Assembly (NCBI GenBank): GCA_021776925.1
Contig: JAJFFB010000100.1
Coordinates: 35,894-99,893 of the forward strand
Direction of reading: 5' to 3'
Length of the DNA stretch: 64,000 bases
DNA from: Planctomycetota bacterium
GTDB taxonomy: Bacteria > Planctomycetota > UBA1135
Under the pieces are notes generated by a model. It saw only the letters and a program-made list of their open reading frames with translations, was not told where the DNA came from and searched no databases. A program made the position numbers and the translations under genes. This document shows, piece after piece, positions 9,838 to 18,809 of this stretch; the stretch's first letter is position 1, and each line of letters starts with the position of its first letter.

Positions 9838-10024
9838 CCTGAAGGCATCCTCAACAATTTCGCCGGCGGCTCGGTGATCCGGGATGATCACGGGGTCGAT
9901 CTGCTCGAGGGCGTAAGCCCCCTTGGGCAAAGGCGTCATCGCGATCACTTGGTGGGATCCAAGCGCTTTCGTGGCCGGCTCTCCGCGGCGGATCTGGGTG
10001 CGTCTGGTGGTCCAGGACCTGTAG
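9838..10024 (+). pseudogene. decayed 3' fragment of a third copy of the secreted paralogue family at 10161..11579 and 11722..13131
   Basis: The plus strand reads ...GVDLLEGVSPLG. After skipping one nucleotide at about 9928 it reads KGVIAITWWDPSAFVAGSPRRIWVRLVVQDL*. Gene 11722..13131 ends MDMLEGVWPGGKDVVAISAFDPSAVVAGAPRRIWVRLIVADL*. The fragment is frameshifted and lacks the N-terminal roughly 430 codons. Confidence 0.75.
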
Positions 10025-10160
10025 GAGCAGGTGTCCGCCTGACCGAGAATCGCCCCGCGGGCCGCAGGAAGTGCATGAAGCGACCGGTGCGGAAACCAGA
10101 CGGATTAGGGGCATCCTGCAAAAAAAAACGTGTGTTATCTTGAGGTTCCATCACAAAACC

Positions 10161-11579
10161 ATGCTGCGCCACCTGCCCCCACTGTTCCTCTTCTTAGTCC
10201 TGACTCCCCTCCTGCACGCCCAAGGGGATCGGGTTTACGCCGACCGCATTCCAGTCAAGATCGAGCCTGCATCCAACGGGCTGGCGTTCGACTCCGATCA
10301 CTCTGCGGTCGCCCTGGGTCGCAACGGCGACATGCTGGTGGTCTGGCACGCCAAAAATGCCGCCGGACAGGCCACCGAGATCCAGGCCGCCTATTTCACC
10401 TTCGAGGACCACAAGAATGGACCGCGCTGGGAACCGAGTGACACCATCGTCCTCGCCGGCCTGGACGCACAGGGCCGCCGTTGTCTGCGCCCAGACATCG
10501 TCCTCACCTACGATTCCTCCTCGCAGGATTTTGAAAAGGATGCTTTTGTCGTGGTCTGGGCGCGGGCACAGAACGGCACCGCCAACGGCAAGATTGAAGC
10601 TGCGCGAATCCAGGCCCCTTCCGGAAAGGGAAAGAGCCCGAAGGTCACTTTCAGCGATGGCCGCGCGGGCTTCCCACTGGACAACGATGTCGACACCAAC
10701 CTGGCCAATGCCACTCCCGACATCGCCTGGCACCCGTTGATGGGAAATGGCCGTTTCGGAGTGGTCTACAGCCATCTGCAAAGCGATGACCAGAACGGCC
10801 ACGCCGAAGTCACGGTGCGCTGGCGCGAGGTGCGACTACCCTCCTCCGGCAGTGCCAACGTGTTTATCGGAACCCCGCTGGCGACCGGAGTCAAACTGGA
10901 GGGGGCTCTCTACGACTTTGCCGGCGGCGCCGTCGCCCCCGATGCAGTGCTGCTGCCGAGCACAGGAACCAGCCTTAATCTGGTCCTTGGTTTCGAGGAA
11001 AGCACCCAGATCCGAGGGGTCCCAGGTGCTGGCTCGCATACCCGGATCAAGGGTTTCCACGTGATTCCGGGCGGCACACCAACCTTGTTGTCCGAGGGAC
11101 TGGTACCACCGAATCCGGGTGCGCAGGAAAACCTGGTGCGCCGGCCGATGCTGTCATGGAACCGGGTCCCGTCTAACCGCAATACGGTGCAACTGGCCGT
11201 CCACGTGGTCGACGGCGAAATCGGCGCGGTGCACAGGTCACGCTCCTACACCCTCCTCATGGGTAGCCAGAATCTGGTTCTGGATCCGTGGGTGTCCGGA
11301 TTCTCTAAACAGAGGGCCCCTGCAGTCGCCGCACTTTCCTCCTCCCACATCCTGGTCTTCCATGACGAGGGCATGATCAATTTTGCGTTCGGGAACTCGG
11401 GTGGTCTGCATGATGGCCCGGTGGATCTCGGCATCGGGGCCCTTCCCGCGATCGACCTGCTTGAGGGCGTCGGCCCCGGTGGCAGGGATCTCGTGGCCAT
11501 CGTCTCCCATGATCCGAGCGGCAACGGCGGGACCTCCAGCGGCCGCATCTGGGTGCGTCTGATTCTCGAGAATCTCTAG
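10161..11579 (+). CDS. secreted protein of unknown function, tandem paralogue A (repeated strand motifs suggest a beta-propeller-like fold)
   Basis: ORF 10071..11579. ATG at 10161 gives the signal peptide MLRHLPPLFLFLVLTPLLHAQ. About two-thirds identical by eye to the next gene over the first ~130 residues (GRNGDMLVVW, TEIQAAYFTF, GLDAQGRRCLRPD, AFVVVWARA.NGTANGKIE). Confidence 0.75.
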   Translation: MLRHLPPLFLFLVLTPLLHAQGDRVYADRIPVKIEPASNGLAFDSDHSAVALGRNGDMLVVWHAKNAAGQATEIQAAYFTFEDHKNGPRWEPSDTIVLAGLDAQGRRCLRPDIVLTYDSSSQDFEKDAFVVVWARAQNGTANGKIEAARIQAPSGKGKSPKVTFSDGRAGFPLDNDVDTNLANATPDIAWHPLMGNGRFGVVYSHLQSDDQNGHAEVTVRWREVRLPSSGSANVFIGTPLATGVKLEGALYDFAGGAVAPDAVLLPSTGTSLNLVLGFEESTQIRGVPGAGSHTRIKGFHVIPGGTPTLLSEGLVPPNPGAQENLVRRPMLSWNRVPSNRNTVQLAVHVVDGEIGAVHRSRSYTLLMGSQNLVLDPWVSGFSKQRAPAVAALSSSHILVFHDEGMINFAFGNSGGLHDGPVDLGIGALPAIDLLEGVGPGGRDLVAIVSHDPSGNGGTSSGRIWVRLILENL

Positions 11580-11646
11580 CAGAAGACCGTACAGCGGAAT
11601 GACTTTGTCCACGGCCTTTCATGAGAAGGCCGCTGTAGGCTGCTCC

Positions 11647-11668
11647 AATTTCCAGGTTTTAGGAAATT
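11647..11668. promoter_or_regulatory. 7-bp inverted repeat (AATTTCC-N8-GGAAATT) in an AT-rich intergenic spacer; candidate operator
   Basis: Read directly at 11647-11653 and 11662-11668. It lies in the unusually AT-rich 11640-11720 spacer, with a TACAAT hexamer at 11679-11684 upstream of the start at 11722. Confidence 0.25.
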
Positions 11669-11721
11669 TCAAATAGCATACAATTCAGATACATGGTATC
11701 TTTTTGAGTGCTTTTAGGGTC

Positions 11722-13131
11722 ATGATCCATCATCTGTCTCCCCTCCTGTTCAGCCTGTTTTCGGCTCCCCTCCTGTGCGCCCAGGCAGGTCCGGTCTATC
11801 CTGACCGGGTTCCGGTCGAGATCGAAGTGGCCCCTCAGGGCCTCCAATTTGACGCCGACCACACCGCCCTGGCCTTCGGCCGCAATGGTGACATGCTGGT
11901 GGTCTGGTCGGTCAAAGACTCGCTCGGCAAGTCCACTGAGATCCAGGCGGCCTATTTCACCTTCGTAGCCACCCCGGTACCGCGTTGGGAGCCAAGTGAA
12001 TCCGTCGTCCTTGGCGGCTTGGACGCCCAGGGGCGACGATGTCTTCGCCCCGATGTGGAGCTGACCTATGACCCTAGTTTCCCAGACCTTGACGCCTTCG
12101 TGGTGGTCTGGGCACGGGCCGAAAACGGGACCGCAAATGGCAAGATCGAATCCGCCCTCGTTCAGGCACCAACCAATCCGGGCCAACCGCCGGTCGTTTT
12201 ACATAGTGATGGTGTTTCCGGTTTCCCCCTTGATGACCAGGTCGACACCAACCTGACCAACGGGACTCCCGACATTGCCTGGCACCCAAAAATGGGATTG
12301 GGGCGCTTCGGGGTGGTCTACAGCCACCGCCAATCGGATGACTTCAACGGCCACGCCGAGATCACCGTGCGCTGGCGCGAAGCGGTATTACCAATCACAG
12401 GTCAGGCACAAATCCTGGCATTTGACCAACTCACCACTGGGGTAAAAGTGGAGGGAGCCCTCTACGGTTTTTCCGGTGGCGCGGTCAAACCTGATGCAGT
12501 CCTCATGCCGGCCAATTCCTCCAGTTTGAATCTGATCCTTGGTTTTGAGGAAAGCGCTGCCATCAACGGAACCCCAGGTGGGGGTGCCATGATTCGGGTG
12601 CAGGTCTACAAAGTGATTCCTGGCATCCAGCCTTCCTTGCGCTTCGAAACCGCCTTGGACCCTGATCCAGCGATTCAGGAGAACCTGTTACGTCGCCCGA
12701 TGCTGTCCTGGAACCGGGTTCCTTCCAATTCCGATACCGCGCAGCTGGCGATCCACGTGGTCAATGACGCGAGCGGCACCTTGCGCAAGGCCCATTCCTA
12801 TTCCATTCATATTGCGAATCAGACCATCGTCATGGATCCATGGGTCCCTGGTTTCAGGCAGCAAAAGGCCCCCACCGTCGCCGCCTTTTCCAACTCCCAT
12901 CTCCTGGTATTCCAGAACGGCACCAAACTCCAATACGCTCATGGGGACTCGGCCGGGCTGAGCGATGGCATCGTGGACCTAGGCAGCGGGAATATCCCTG
13001 CGATGGACATGCTTGAGGGTGTCTGGCCCGGGGGCAAAGACGTTGTCGCGATCTCCGCGTTCGATCCGAGCGCGGTCGTGGCCGGTGCGCCGCGCCGGAT
13101 CTGGGTGCGCCTCATCGTCGCCGACCTGTAG
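11722..13131 (+). CDS. secreted protein of unknown function, tandem paralogue B
   Basis: ORF 11704..13131 (TTG). ATG at 11722 gives MIHHLSPLLFSLFSAPLLCAQA. Collinear similarity to 10161..11579 through to the shared C-terminus RIWVRLI..L*. Confidence 0.75.
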   Translation: MIHHLSPLLFSLFSAPLLCAQAGPVYPDRVPVEIEVAPQGLQFDADHTALAFGRNGDMLVVWSVKDSLGKSTEIQAAYFTFVATPVPRWEPSESVVLGGLDAQGRRCLRPDVELTYDPSFPDLDAFVVVWARAENGTANGKIESALVQAPTNPGQPPVVLHSDGVSGFPLDDQVDTNLTNGTPDIAWHPKMGLGRFGVVYSHRQSDDFNGHAEITVRWREAVLPITGQAQILAFDQLTTGVKVEGALYGFSGGAVKPDAVLMPANSSSLNLILGFEESAAINGTPGGGAMIRVQVYKVIPGIQPSLRFETALDPDPAIQENLLRRPMLSWNRVPSNSDTAQLAIHVVNDASGTLRKAHSYSIHIANQTIVMDPWVPGFRQQKAPTVAAFSNSHLLVFQNGTKLQYAHGDSAGLSDGIVDLGSGNIPAMDMLEGVWPGGKDVVAISAFDPSAVVAGAPRRIWVRLIVADL

Positions 13132-13159
13132 CGACCTCAACCGGGTCCTTGCACCAGGC

Positions 13160-14737
13160 CTAGCGCCCTCCATCAGGGTCCAAGACCTGCACCTGGTAAG
13201 CGCCTTGGCCTGAAACGCAGCCAACGCTCAGGGTGTAACGCCCATCGCGCGGCATGCGCAGAGCCAGCAACGCGCCCCGGTCGGCACCGGTGCCACGGTC
13301 GCTGCCGACCTGCACACCGGTCGGGTCGAATAAGGCCAGGCCCAGGTCGGCGGCGCTGGAGCGCGCCGCCAACCACAGAACCTGGCCGCGTTTTGCCTCG
13401 ACGTGCCAGTACTCGACCGCCCCGCTGCCGAGCGCACTGGTGCGCGGTTGCCCCACCTCAAGCAGCGGCACCGGAACGTCGCTCAGGACCAGGCGGTAAT
13501 CCCCGCCACCGCCGTTGCCGAAGGCCGCCACCTGGGCTCGCACCAAGCCTCCCTGGGTCACAAGCCACCCATACTGGCTGGCAAGGCCGCCCCCGCCGTC
13601 GTCGTTCTCGCCCAGCGGCGCACCCTGGGCGTCGCTCAGCCGCAACAGCGGATCGAAATCAGCGGATTGAAGATCCAGACGCAGAACCTGCCCCGGCTTG
13701 CTGGCAAAGGTATAGAAGGCATCCCCGCCGACCGGCAGAGCGCTGTTCCGGGCCGGCCCCGGCTGTATGGCAATGCCGCTGTCCCCAAAGACCATGCGGT
13801 AGGAGTTGTCCCGCGACGAGGTCGAACGGACCTGGACGCGATAGCCCGCCTCGCGCCCGAGGACAAAGGCAAAGCGACGGCTCAATCCCTTCGAGTGCGA
13901 CGGCAGCCAGCGCAACGGCGGTCGCCGTTCCAGCCCGGCGGCGGGTTCATCGCTGCGCGGAACCACCCGCACCAGCAAACCGTCGCCCTCGACGACCAGG
14001 GTGCGGAAGTCCCCGGCGTGGCCGCGGAAAACCCATTCATCGAGCCCTTGCGACGGCAGGGCCTCCTGGTGATTGGCCGCATCGGCCAGCGGACGGCGCC
14101 GCGCCGAGCGGATCTCAACCCGGAAACGTGACCCCTTGCTTCCGCGCACGCGCGCGTAGTGATCGCCATCCCTGGCCACGTCGAAACAACCAGCCCAGCC
14201 ATCCAGCACGCGCCCCGATGGCCCGATCAATTCGGCGAAGCCGCGCCCGGAGACGGCCACGGAATCACCCTTGGCGGCGGCGAAGCGGACGTGCCCGTAG
14301 CCCTCCTCGTCGAGGGTGCCTTCGGCCCAGCTGCGCGCGTCAGGAAGAGGAATACTGCTCAGCCGTTCCACGTACAAGCGGTAGTTGCCACCGCCACGAT
14401 GGCCGGGGCCGTGAACCAGGATCGAGTAGGAGCCGTCCACCTGCAGGCGCGCCAGCATGTGGCTGCGGCTGCCCGGGTCGTCGACCTCGGCCACGATGAC
14501 CTCGACCACCGCTCGATCGGCGCCGCGGCGCACCAGCGAGATCACCGGATCGAAATCAGAAGAGGAGACGTCGACGCGGATGATCTCTTCGGCGCGGGCG
14601 TCGAAGAGCCAGCGATCGACGGTGTCGGTGGTCAGATGCTTGTGGTGCTCACCCGGTTGGTCCAGGTCCCGCACCGATTCCTGAGCCACAACCGGAGCGG
14701 CCAACCACATGAGTAGCAGGAGGATCAAAGGACGCAT
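13160..14737 (-). CDS. secreted protein built from about five pre-peptidase C-terminal (PPC)-like domains
   Basis: Signal peptide MRPLILLLLMWLAAPVVAQ. Repeated modules end in G-x-Y-R-L-x-V-type strands (GGGNYRLYVERL, GGGDYRLVLSDV, GQGAYQVQVLD) with internal S-x-DFDP motifs (SSSDFDPVISL, QSADFDPLLRL). No protease catalytic domain seen. Confidence 0.7.
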   Translation of the reverse strand: MRPLILLLLMWLAAPVVAQESVRDLDQPGEHHKHLTTDTVDRWLFDARAEEIIRVDVSSSDFDPVISLVRRGADRAVVEVIVAEVDDPGSRSHMLARLQVDGSYSILVHGPGHRGGGNYRLYVERLSSIPLPDARSWAEGTLDEEGYGHVRFAAAKGDSVAVSGRGFAELIGPSGRVLDGWAGCFDVARDGDHYARVRGSKGSRFRVEIRSARRRPLADAANHQEALPSQGLDEWVFRGHAGDFRTLVVEGDGLLVRVVPRSDEPAAGLERRPPLRWLPSHSKGLSRRFAFVLGREAGYRVQVRSTSSRDNSYRMVFGDSGIAIQPGPARNSALPVGGDAFYTFASKPGQVLRLDLQSADFDPLLRLSDAQGAPLGENDDGGGGLASQYGWLVTQGGLVRAQVAAFGNGGGGDYRLVLSDVPVPLLEVGQPRTSALGSGAVEYWHVEAKRGQVLWLAARSSAADLGLALFDPTGVQVGSDRGTGADRGALLALRMPRDGRYTLSVGCVSGQGAYQVQVLDPDGGR

Positions 14738-14884
14738 GCCCCCAGGTTAGGGGGTTCCCCCTGCGCTGGATGCAGCAGATTGCCCCTGCCCCGGTCGGGC
14801 CAAAAAAAATGGGTCACCTGGCCGCCCGTTGACTCCGCTAAGGAGAAGCCTCAGGAACGAACCGCCTGCGGCCACCCTTCTTCC

Positions 14885-15901
14885 ATGCTGATCGTCACCT
14901 CTGTCCTGGCCGCAGCCCAGCTCCTAAGCCTTCCGCAAGACGCGTTGCAGCCCGCTCTGGCGCCGCGTTTTGCCGGGGTCTTCCGTCCCGGCCACGGCTT
15001 CCAGCCCTATCAACAGGGCTGGCGGACTTCCGCTGCGGAAGCCTATTCCGCCGGGGACCTGATGGCGTGGCAGGTGCTGCCTGGGGAGCAGCACCTGTTG
15101 GTTGAAGAGGGACGTATGCACGACGGCCGGGGCAGCGTGCAGGTGAACGCCGTGACCCTGCACTATGCCTCGAGCCGGGCGGATGAAAGCGGCGCGGGGG
15201 GCGAACTGCAACTCGCCCTTGAGGACCCGCGCAGCGGCGTCTGGAAGGAGTGGCGGCTCGCCGGTCTGCCGTTGGGAGGGACCGATGGCAGTGCTCGCGC
15301 GTGGACCGTGGTGGTCGATCTGCGCGGGGGGCATGAAATCGACCTGCCCGCCGGGGAAGTCTTCCGCTGGAGCGTGGCCACCGCGGACGCTGCCACCGGA
15401 CTGCTGCTGGCAATGGGTGGGCCGGGCGCCGACAACGCGCTCGACTGGCACGACCTCAGCAGCGGCACGCGGCTGGCGCGCGCACCCATCGGCATCGAAG
15501 GCGCCGCTCTCGCCCTGGAATTGCACGCCCTGCCAGCGGGCACGCGTGCGCTCTATCCGCAAGCCGGCCAAGCCATGCCCAGCCTGGCCTTGAGTTCGGA
15601 CCAGGTGGTCGCCGGCGATCTGGCGACCTGGCGCCTGGAACAGCCGCACGCGCAACGCAGCTACGCGCTGTTGATCTCGGCCGCGGCGGGGCTGGAGTCC
15701 ACCGGCGGCGGCATGCTGCTGTTGGACCGCTCGGCGCTGGTGGCGCGGCCGGTACTGATGCCATCTGGCGAGGTCACCCTGTCGATTCCACACCAGGCCG
15801 CCGGCCGCTGGTTCAGCCAGGCGGTGGAATTCGAAGGCCGCCTGGAGAGCGGAGTGTTCCGCGCGGTGTCCAACGCTTTGGAGCACGATCTGCGGCCTTG
15901 A
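14885..15901 (+). CDS. hypothetical exported protein
   Basis: ORF 14780..15901. ATG at 14885 gives the hydrophobic N-terminus MLIVTSVLAAAQLLS. No domain recognised. Confidence 0.5.
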   Translation: MLIVTSVLAAAQLLSLPQDALQPALAPRFAGVFRPGHGFQPYQQGWRTSAAEAYSAGDLMAWQVLPGEQHLLVEEGRMHDGRGSVQVNAVTLHYASSRADESGAGGELQLALEDPRSGVWKEWRLAGLPLGGTDGSARAWTVVVDLRGGHEIDLPAGEVFRWSVATADAATGLLLAMGGPGADNALDWHDLSSGTRLARAPIGIEGAALALELHALPAGTRALYPQAGQAMPSLALSSDQVVAGDLATWRLEQPHAQRSYALLISAAAGLESTGGGMLLLDRSALVARPVLMPSGEVTLSIPHQAAGRWFSQAVEFEGRLESGVFRAVSNALEHDLRP

Positions 15902-15932
15902 GCGCGGCGCTACAGTTCCGCGCAACGCCGCC

Positions 15933-16568
15933 ATGGAACTGCTCGACGCCCTCCGTTCACGCCGCTCGGTCAAAAACTTTGACCCGGACCACCGCCTCAC
16001 CGAGGAAGAACTTCATCACTTGATGAGCCACGGGCTGCTGGCGCCGACCAGCTTCAACATGCAGAACTGGCACTTCATCGCGGTCACCGACCGCGCGGTC
16101 CAGCAGCGCTTGTGCGCCGCCGCCTGGCACCAGGCGCAGCTGCGCGACGCTTCGGTGACGCTGGTGCTGGCCGGCCGCCTGCCGTGCTGGAACCAGGCGG
16201 TGCGCACACTGCGCCACGCGCCGGCCGAGGTCCAGGAGAATCTCGGCGGCCTGGCCCAGGGTTTCTATCAGGACAACCCGGCACTGCAGCGCGACGAAGC
16301 AGCGCGGTCGGTCGGGCTCGCCGCCATGGCGCTGATGCTGGTGGCCAAGGACATGGGCTACGACAGTTGTCCGATGATCGGCTTTGACGCCGGCCAGGTG
16401 GCCGAAATCGTCGGCCTGCCCGCCGACCATCCGCCCCTGCTGGCCCTGGCCATCGGCAGGGCGCTGCAGCCGGCCCGCCCGCGCATGGGTTTTCTCGACC
16501 TGGAGGAAGTGGTTTCAGTCAATCATTTCGGCAACTCTCTTCTGAGTGGCGAAATGAACCACGACTGA
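15933..16568 (+). CDS. nitroreductase family protein
   Basis: N-terminal LLDALRSRRSVKNFDP and APTSFNMQNWHF are characteristic of the NADH/FMN nitroreductase fold family. Confidence 0.85.
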   Translation: MELLDALRSRRSVKNFDPDHRLTEEELHHLMSHGLLAPTSFNMQNWHFIAVTDRAVQQRLCAAAWHQAQLRDASVTLVLAGRLPCWNQAVRTLRHAPAEVQENLGGLAQGFYQDNPALQRDEAARSVGLAAMALMLVAKDMGYDSCPMIGFDAGQVAEIVGLPADHPPLLALAIGRALQPARPRMGFLDLEEVVSVNHFGNSLLSGEMNHD

Positions 16569-16576
16569 TTATTCCA

Positions 16577-17464
16577 ATGATATCCTTGGGTGCAATGCGC
16601 ACCCTCCTTGCCATTTGTCCCTTTGTGCTTTTTGCATCTCCGAACATTGCCCAGTCTTATCTGGTGGATTTCGAAGACTTCCAATTGCAAGGTGCACTCT
16701 TCCTCGACGTCAGCGAGAACCTGGTCCTGACCGACGTCGGCGGCAGCGGCATCGACGTGACCCTGGTCGGAGGCAGCGACAGCCGGATCTACGATCTGGT
16801 CCAATTCGGTGGCTACCTTGAACCCGGGCCGCAGGCGTTCATTGATATGGACTGGAATACCTTCCAGAACTTCGCCGGGACCGACATTCTCTTCTCCAGT
16901 CCGGTTGGCGATTTCAGCGTGATCTGTGGTGATTTCGGCGGCGACGACGACAGCCCGATGGTGATTTCCGCCTATGACGGAGCCGGCAACCTGGTCGATT
17001 CTGACAGCGCCAACTGGAATCAGAATCCGCCCTTCGCCAGCCTCAGCGTGGGCGGCGGCGGCATTGTCCGCGTGCACTATTCCTCTGGTGGTTCCTTCAC
17101 CAACTCTACTTTCATCGACGATCTGCGCTTCACTCCGGACGGTCCGCGGCTGGGCGTCAGCAATCTGGTGGCGGGTGCTGTGGCCACCGCCCAGGTCGAT
17201 GGCGCCACCCCCAGCGGCATAGTGGTCATCGGCTATTCGCTGCTCGGCGCAGGACCGACCAGTGCCAGCATCGGCGCCTGCGGCCTGATCTCGGTGGCGC
17301 TGACCAATCCGCTCGTTCTGGCCATCGGCAACGCCGACGCCACTGGTGGCTTCCAGCATTCCCAGACGGTTCCTACTTCGGCCAGTGGCGTCCAGGTGTG
17401 GCTGCACGCGGCCGATCTTTCCAGCTGCGAGGTAACCAACCCCCTGGCGCTGGTGGTGCAATAG
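16577..17464 (+). CDS. hypothetical secreted protein
   Basis: Signal-like MISLGAMRTLLAICPFVLFASPNIAQ. G/S/D-rich, beta-type composition. No domain recognised. Confidence 0.55.
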   Translation: MISLGAMRTLLAICPFVLFASPNIAQSYLVDFEDFQLQGALFLDVSENLVLTDVGGSGIDVTLVGGSDSRIYDLVQFGGYLEPGPQAFIDMDWNTFQNFAGTDILFSSPVGDFSVICGDFGGDDDSPMVISAYDGAGNLVDSDSANWNQNPPFASLSVGGGGIVRVHYSSGGSFTNSTFIDDLRFTPDGPRLGVSNLVAGAVATAQVDGATPSGIVVIGYSLLGAGPTSASIGACGLISVALTNPLVLAIGNADATGGFQHSQTVPTSASGVQVWLHAADLSSCEVTNPLALVVQ

Positions 17465-17483
17465 GACCGGCGGCTAGCCGCGG

Positions 17484-18005
17484 CTAGAGGTAGCTGCGCG
17501 CGGTTTCGATGTAGTGCGGAATGGCGTGCGCCATGAAGGCGCGTTCCTTGTCCGAGATCAGGCGGACCTCGCGTGCCGGCACTCCGGCGACCAGCATGCC
17601 GGCGGGGATCTCGGCGTTTTCCTTGACCACTGCTCCAGCGGCAATGACCGCGTCGTCGCCGATCACCGCGCCACCCAGGACCACCGCTCCCATGCCCACC
17701 AGGACGCGGTCGCCGATGCGCACGCCGTGCAGGATCGCGCCGTGACCGATGGTGCAATCATCGCCGATCACCTGCGGCGCCTCGCTATCGCAGTGCACCA
17801 GGCAGTGGTCCTGAATGTTGGTGCGGGCGCCCACGCGGATCGAGGCGTCGTCTCCGCGGATGGTCACGCCGAACCAGATGCTGCTGTCGGCACCGATTTC
17901 AACGTCGCCAGTGACCACCGCGTTGTGGGCGACGAAGGCCCCCCCCGCCACGCGTCGCATCAGGCCTTGGCGGGGTGCAGGAAAGGTATCGTAGGAATCA
18001 CTCAT
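17484..18005 (-). CDS. gamma-carbonic-anhydrase-like / hexapeptide-repeat (LbH) protein
   Basis: The ATG at 18005 gives 173 aa: MSDSYDTF...IGADSSIWFGVTIRGD..IRVGARTNIQDHCLVH...GDDCTIGHGAILHG. This is the left-handed beta-helix hexapeptide pattern. The longer ORF to 18791 is an artefact that overlaps the next gene. Confidence 0.85.
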   Translation of the reverse strand: MSDSYDTFPAPRQGLMRRVAGGAFVAHNAVVTGDVEIGADSSIWFGVTIRGDDASIRVGARTNIQDHCLVHCDSEAPQVIGDDCTIGHGAILHGVRIGDRVLVGMGAVVLGGAVIGDDAVIAAGAVVKENAEIPAGMLVAGVPAREVRLISDKERAFMAHAIPHYIETARSYL

Positions 18006-18796
18006 TGCGGCAAGGTCAGCAGTGCAGCGAGCCCATTGTGGGCCACGTGCACCCCCACCGCCAGGCGCAGGCGCCCGCCGCGCCAGCGGATCCAGCCGAG
18101 GATCGCGCCGAGCACGAACAGCACCGGCCACGCCGACGGTGCGTGCATGACGGTGAACAGCAGGGTGGTGTAGAGCAGCGCGCGGCGCGGGCCGAAATCC
18201 TTGCGCCCGGCCATCGCGTGCCACAGGTAGCCGCGGAAGACGACTTCTTCGAGCAAAGGCAGCAGGAGCACGGCGAAGGTCAGCGCCAGCCACTGGTCTT
18301 GGCGATCGAGCGTAGAAAGACCGCGTACCAGGCGGTCGGGCGCCTCGCCGAGACCCACCCACGGATAGACCAGGCCGAGGAGATAGGTCAGGGCCAGAAG
18401 CAGCGGCACCACCGCCAGGTAGGAGCGCGCCGCCCACGCCGGGCTGCGGTCCGCCGGCGCCGGAACCTCTTGGCTCATGCCGCTCATGCCGCGCACGCCA
18501 GAGCGCAGCAGGAACCACAGCAGCGCGGCGCCCTCTGCGGCCGCCAGCACGCCGAACTCGGCCACGCTGATGCCATTCGCTTCGGTTCCGCCCAGCTCGC
18601 CGCGGTGCAGCCACCAGCCGACCCCGGCGAACAGGCCCAGCGCCACCAGCAGGTCCCAGCCGCCCAGGCGATTGGGGCGCGGCAGCGGCGCGGCCTTGCC
18701 CGCCAGGCGCGCCAGCACCACCGCCGCGAGCCAGCCCGTGGCGAGAACCGCGACCAGGGCAAAACCCAGGCGCATCGTGGTGGACAGCCATTCCAT
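18002..18796 (-). CDS. CPBP family intramembrane glutamic endopeptidase (CAAX protease-like)
   Basis: Multi-TM protein with EEVVFRGYLWH, FTVMHAPS and HVAHN motifs. ATG at 18796 avoids overlap with thiG. The stop overlaps the downstream ATG (ATGA at 18002-18005). Confidence 0.8.
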   Translation of the reverse strand: MEWLSTTMRLGFALVAVLATGWLAAVVLARLAGKAAPLPRPNRLGGWDLLVALGLFAGVGWWLHRGELGGTEANGISVAEFGVLAAAEGAALLWFLLRSGVRGMSGMSQEVPAPADRSPAWAARSYLAVVPLLLALTYLLGLVYPWVGLGEAPDRLVRGLSTLDRQDQWLALTFAVLLLPLLEEVVFRGYLWHAMAGRKDFGPRRALLYTTLLFTVMHAPSAWPVLFVLGAILGWIRWRGGRLRLAVGVHVAHNGLAALLTLPQ

Positions 18797-18809
18797 GCTG
18801 AGAACGACT

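Noticed and set aside
9766-10143. 125-aa ORF as a genuine gene
   Set aside because: Its only recognisable content is the frameshifted C-terminal relic of the neighbouring paralogue family. The remainder is Arg/Gly-rich read-through.
17470-17481. 12-nt perfect palindrome GCGGCTAGCCGC between convergent genes as a bidirectional terminator
   Set aside because: The stem would be only 4-5 bp with a minimal loop and no flanking U/A tracts. That is too weak to call.
17484-18791. 435-aa ORF as a long N-terminally extended hexapeptide-repeat protein
   Set aside because: The upstream 260 residues are Arg/Gly/Ala/Pro low-complexity sequence that fully overlaps the CPBP protease gene in another frame. 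The internal ATG at 18005 gives a normal-length gamma-CA-like protein with an ATGA junction.
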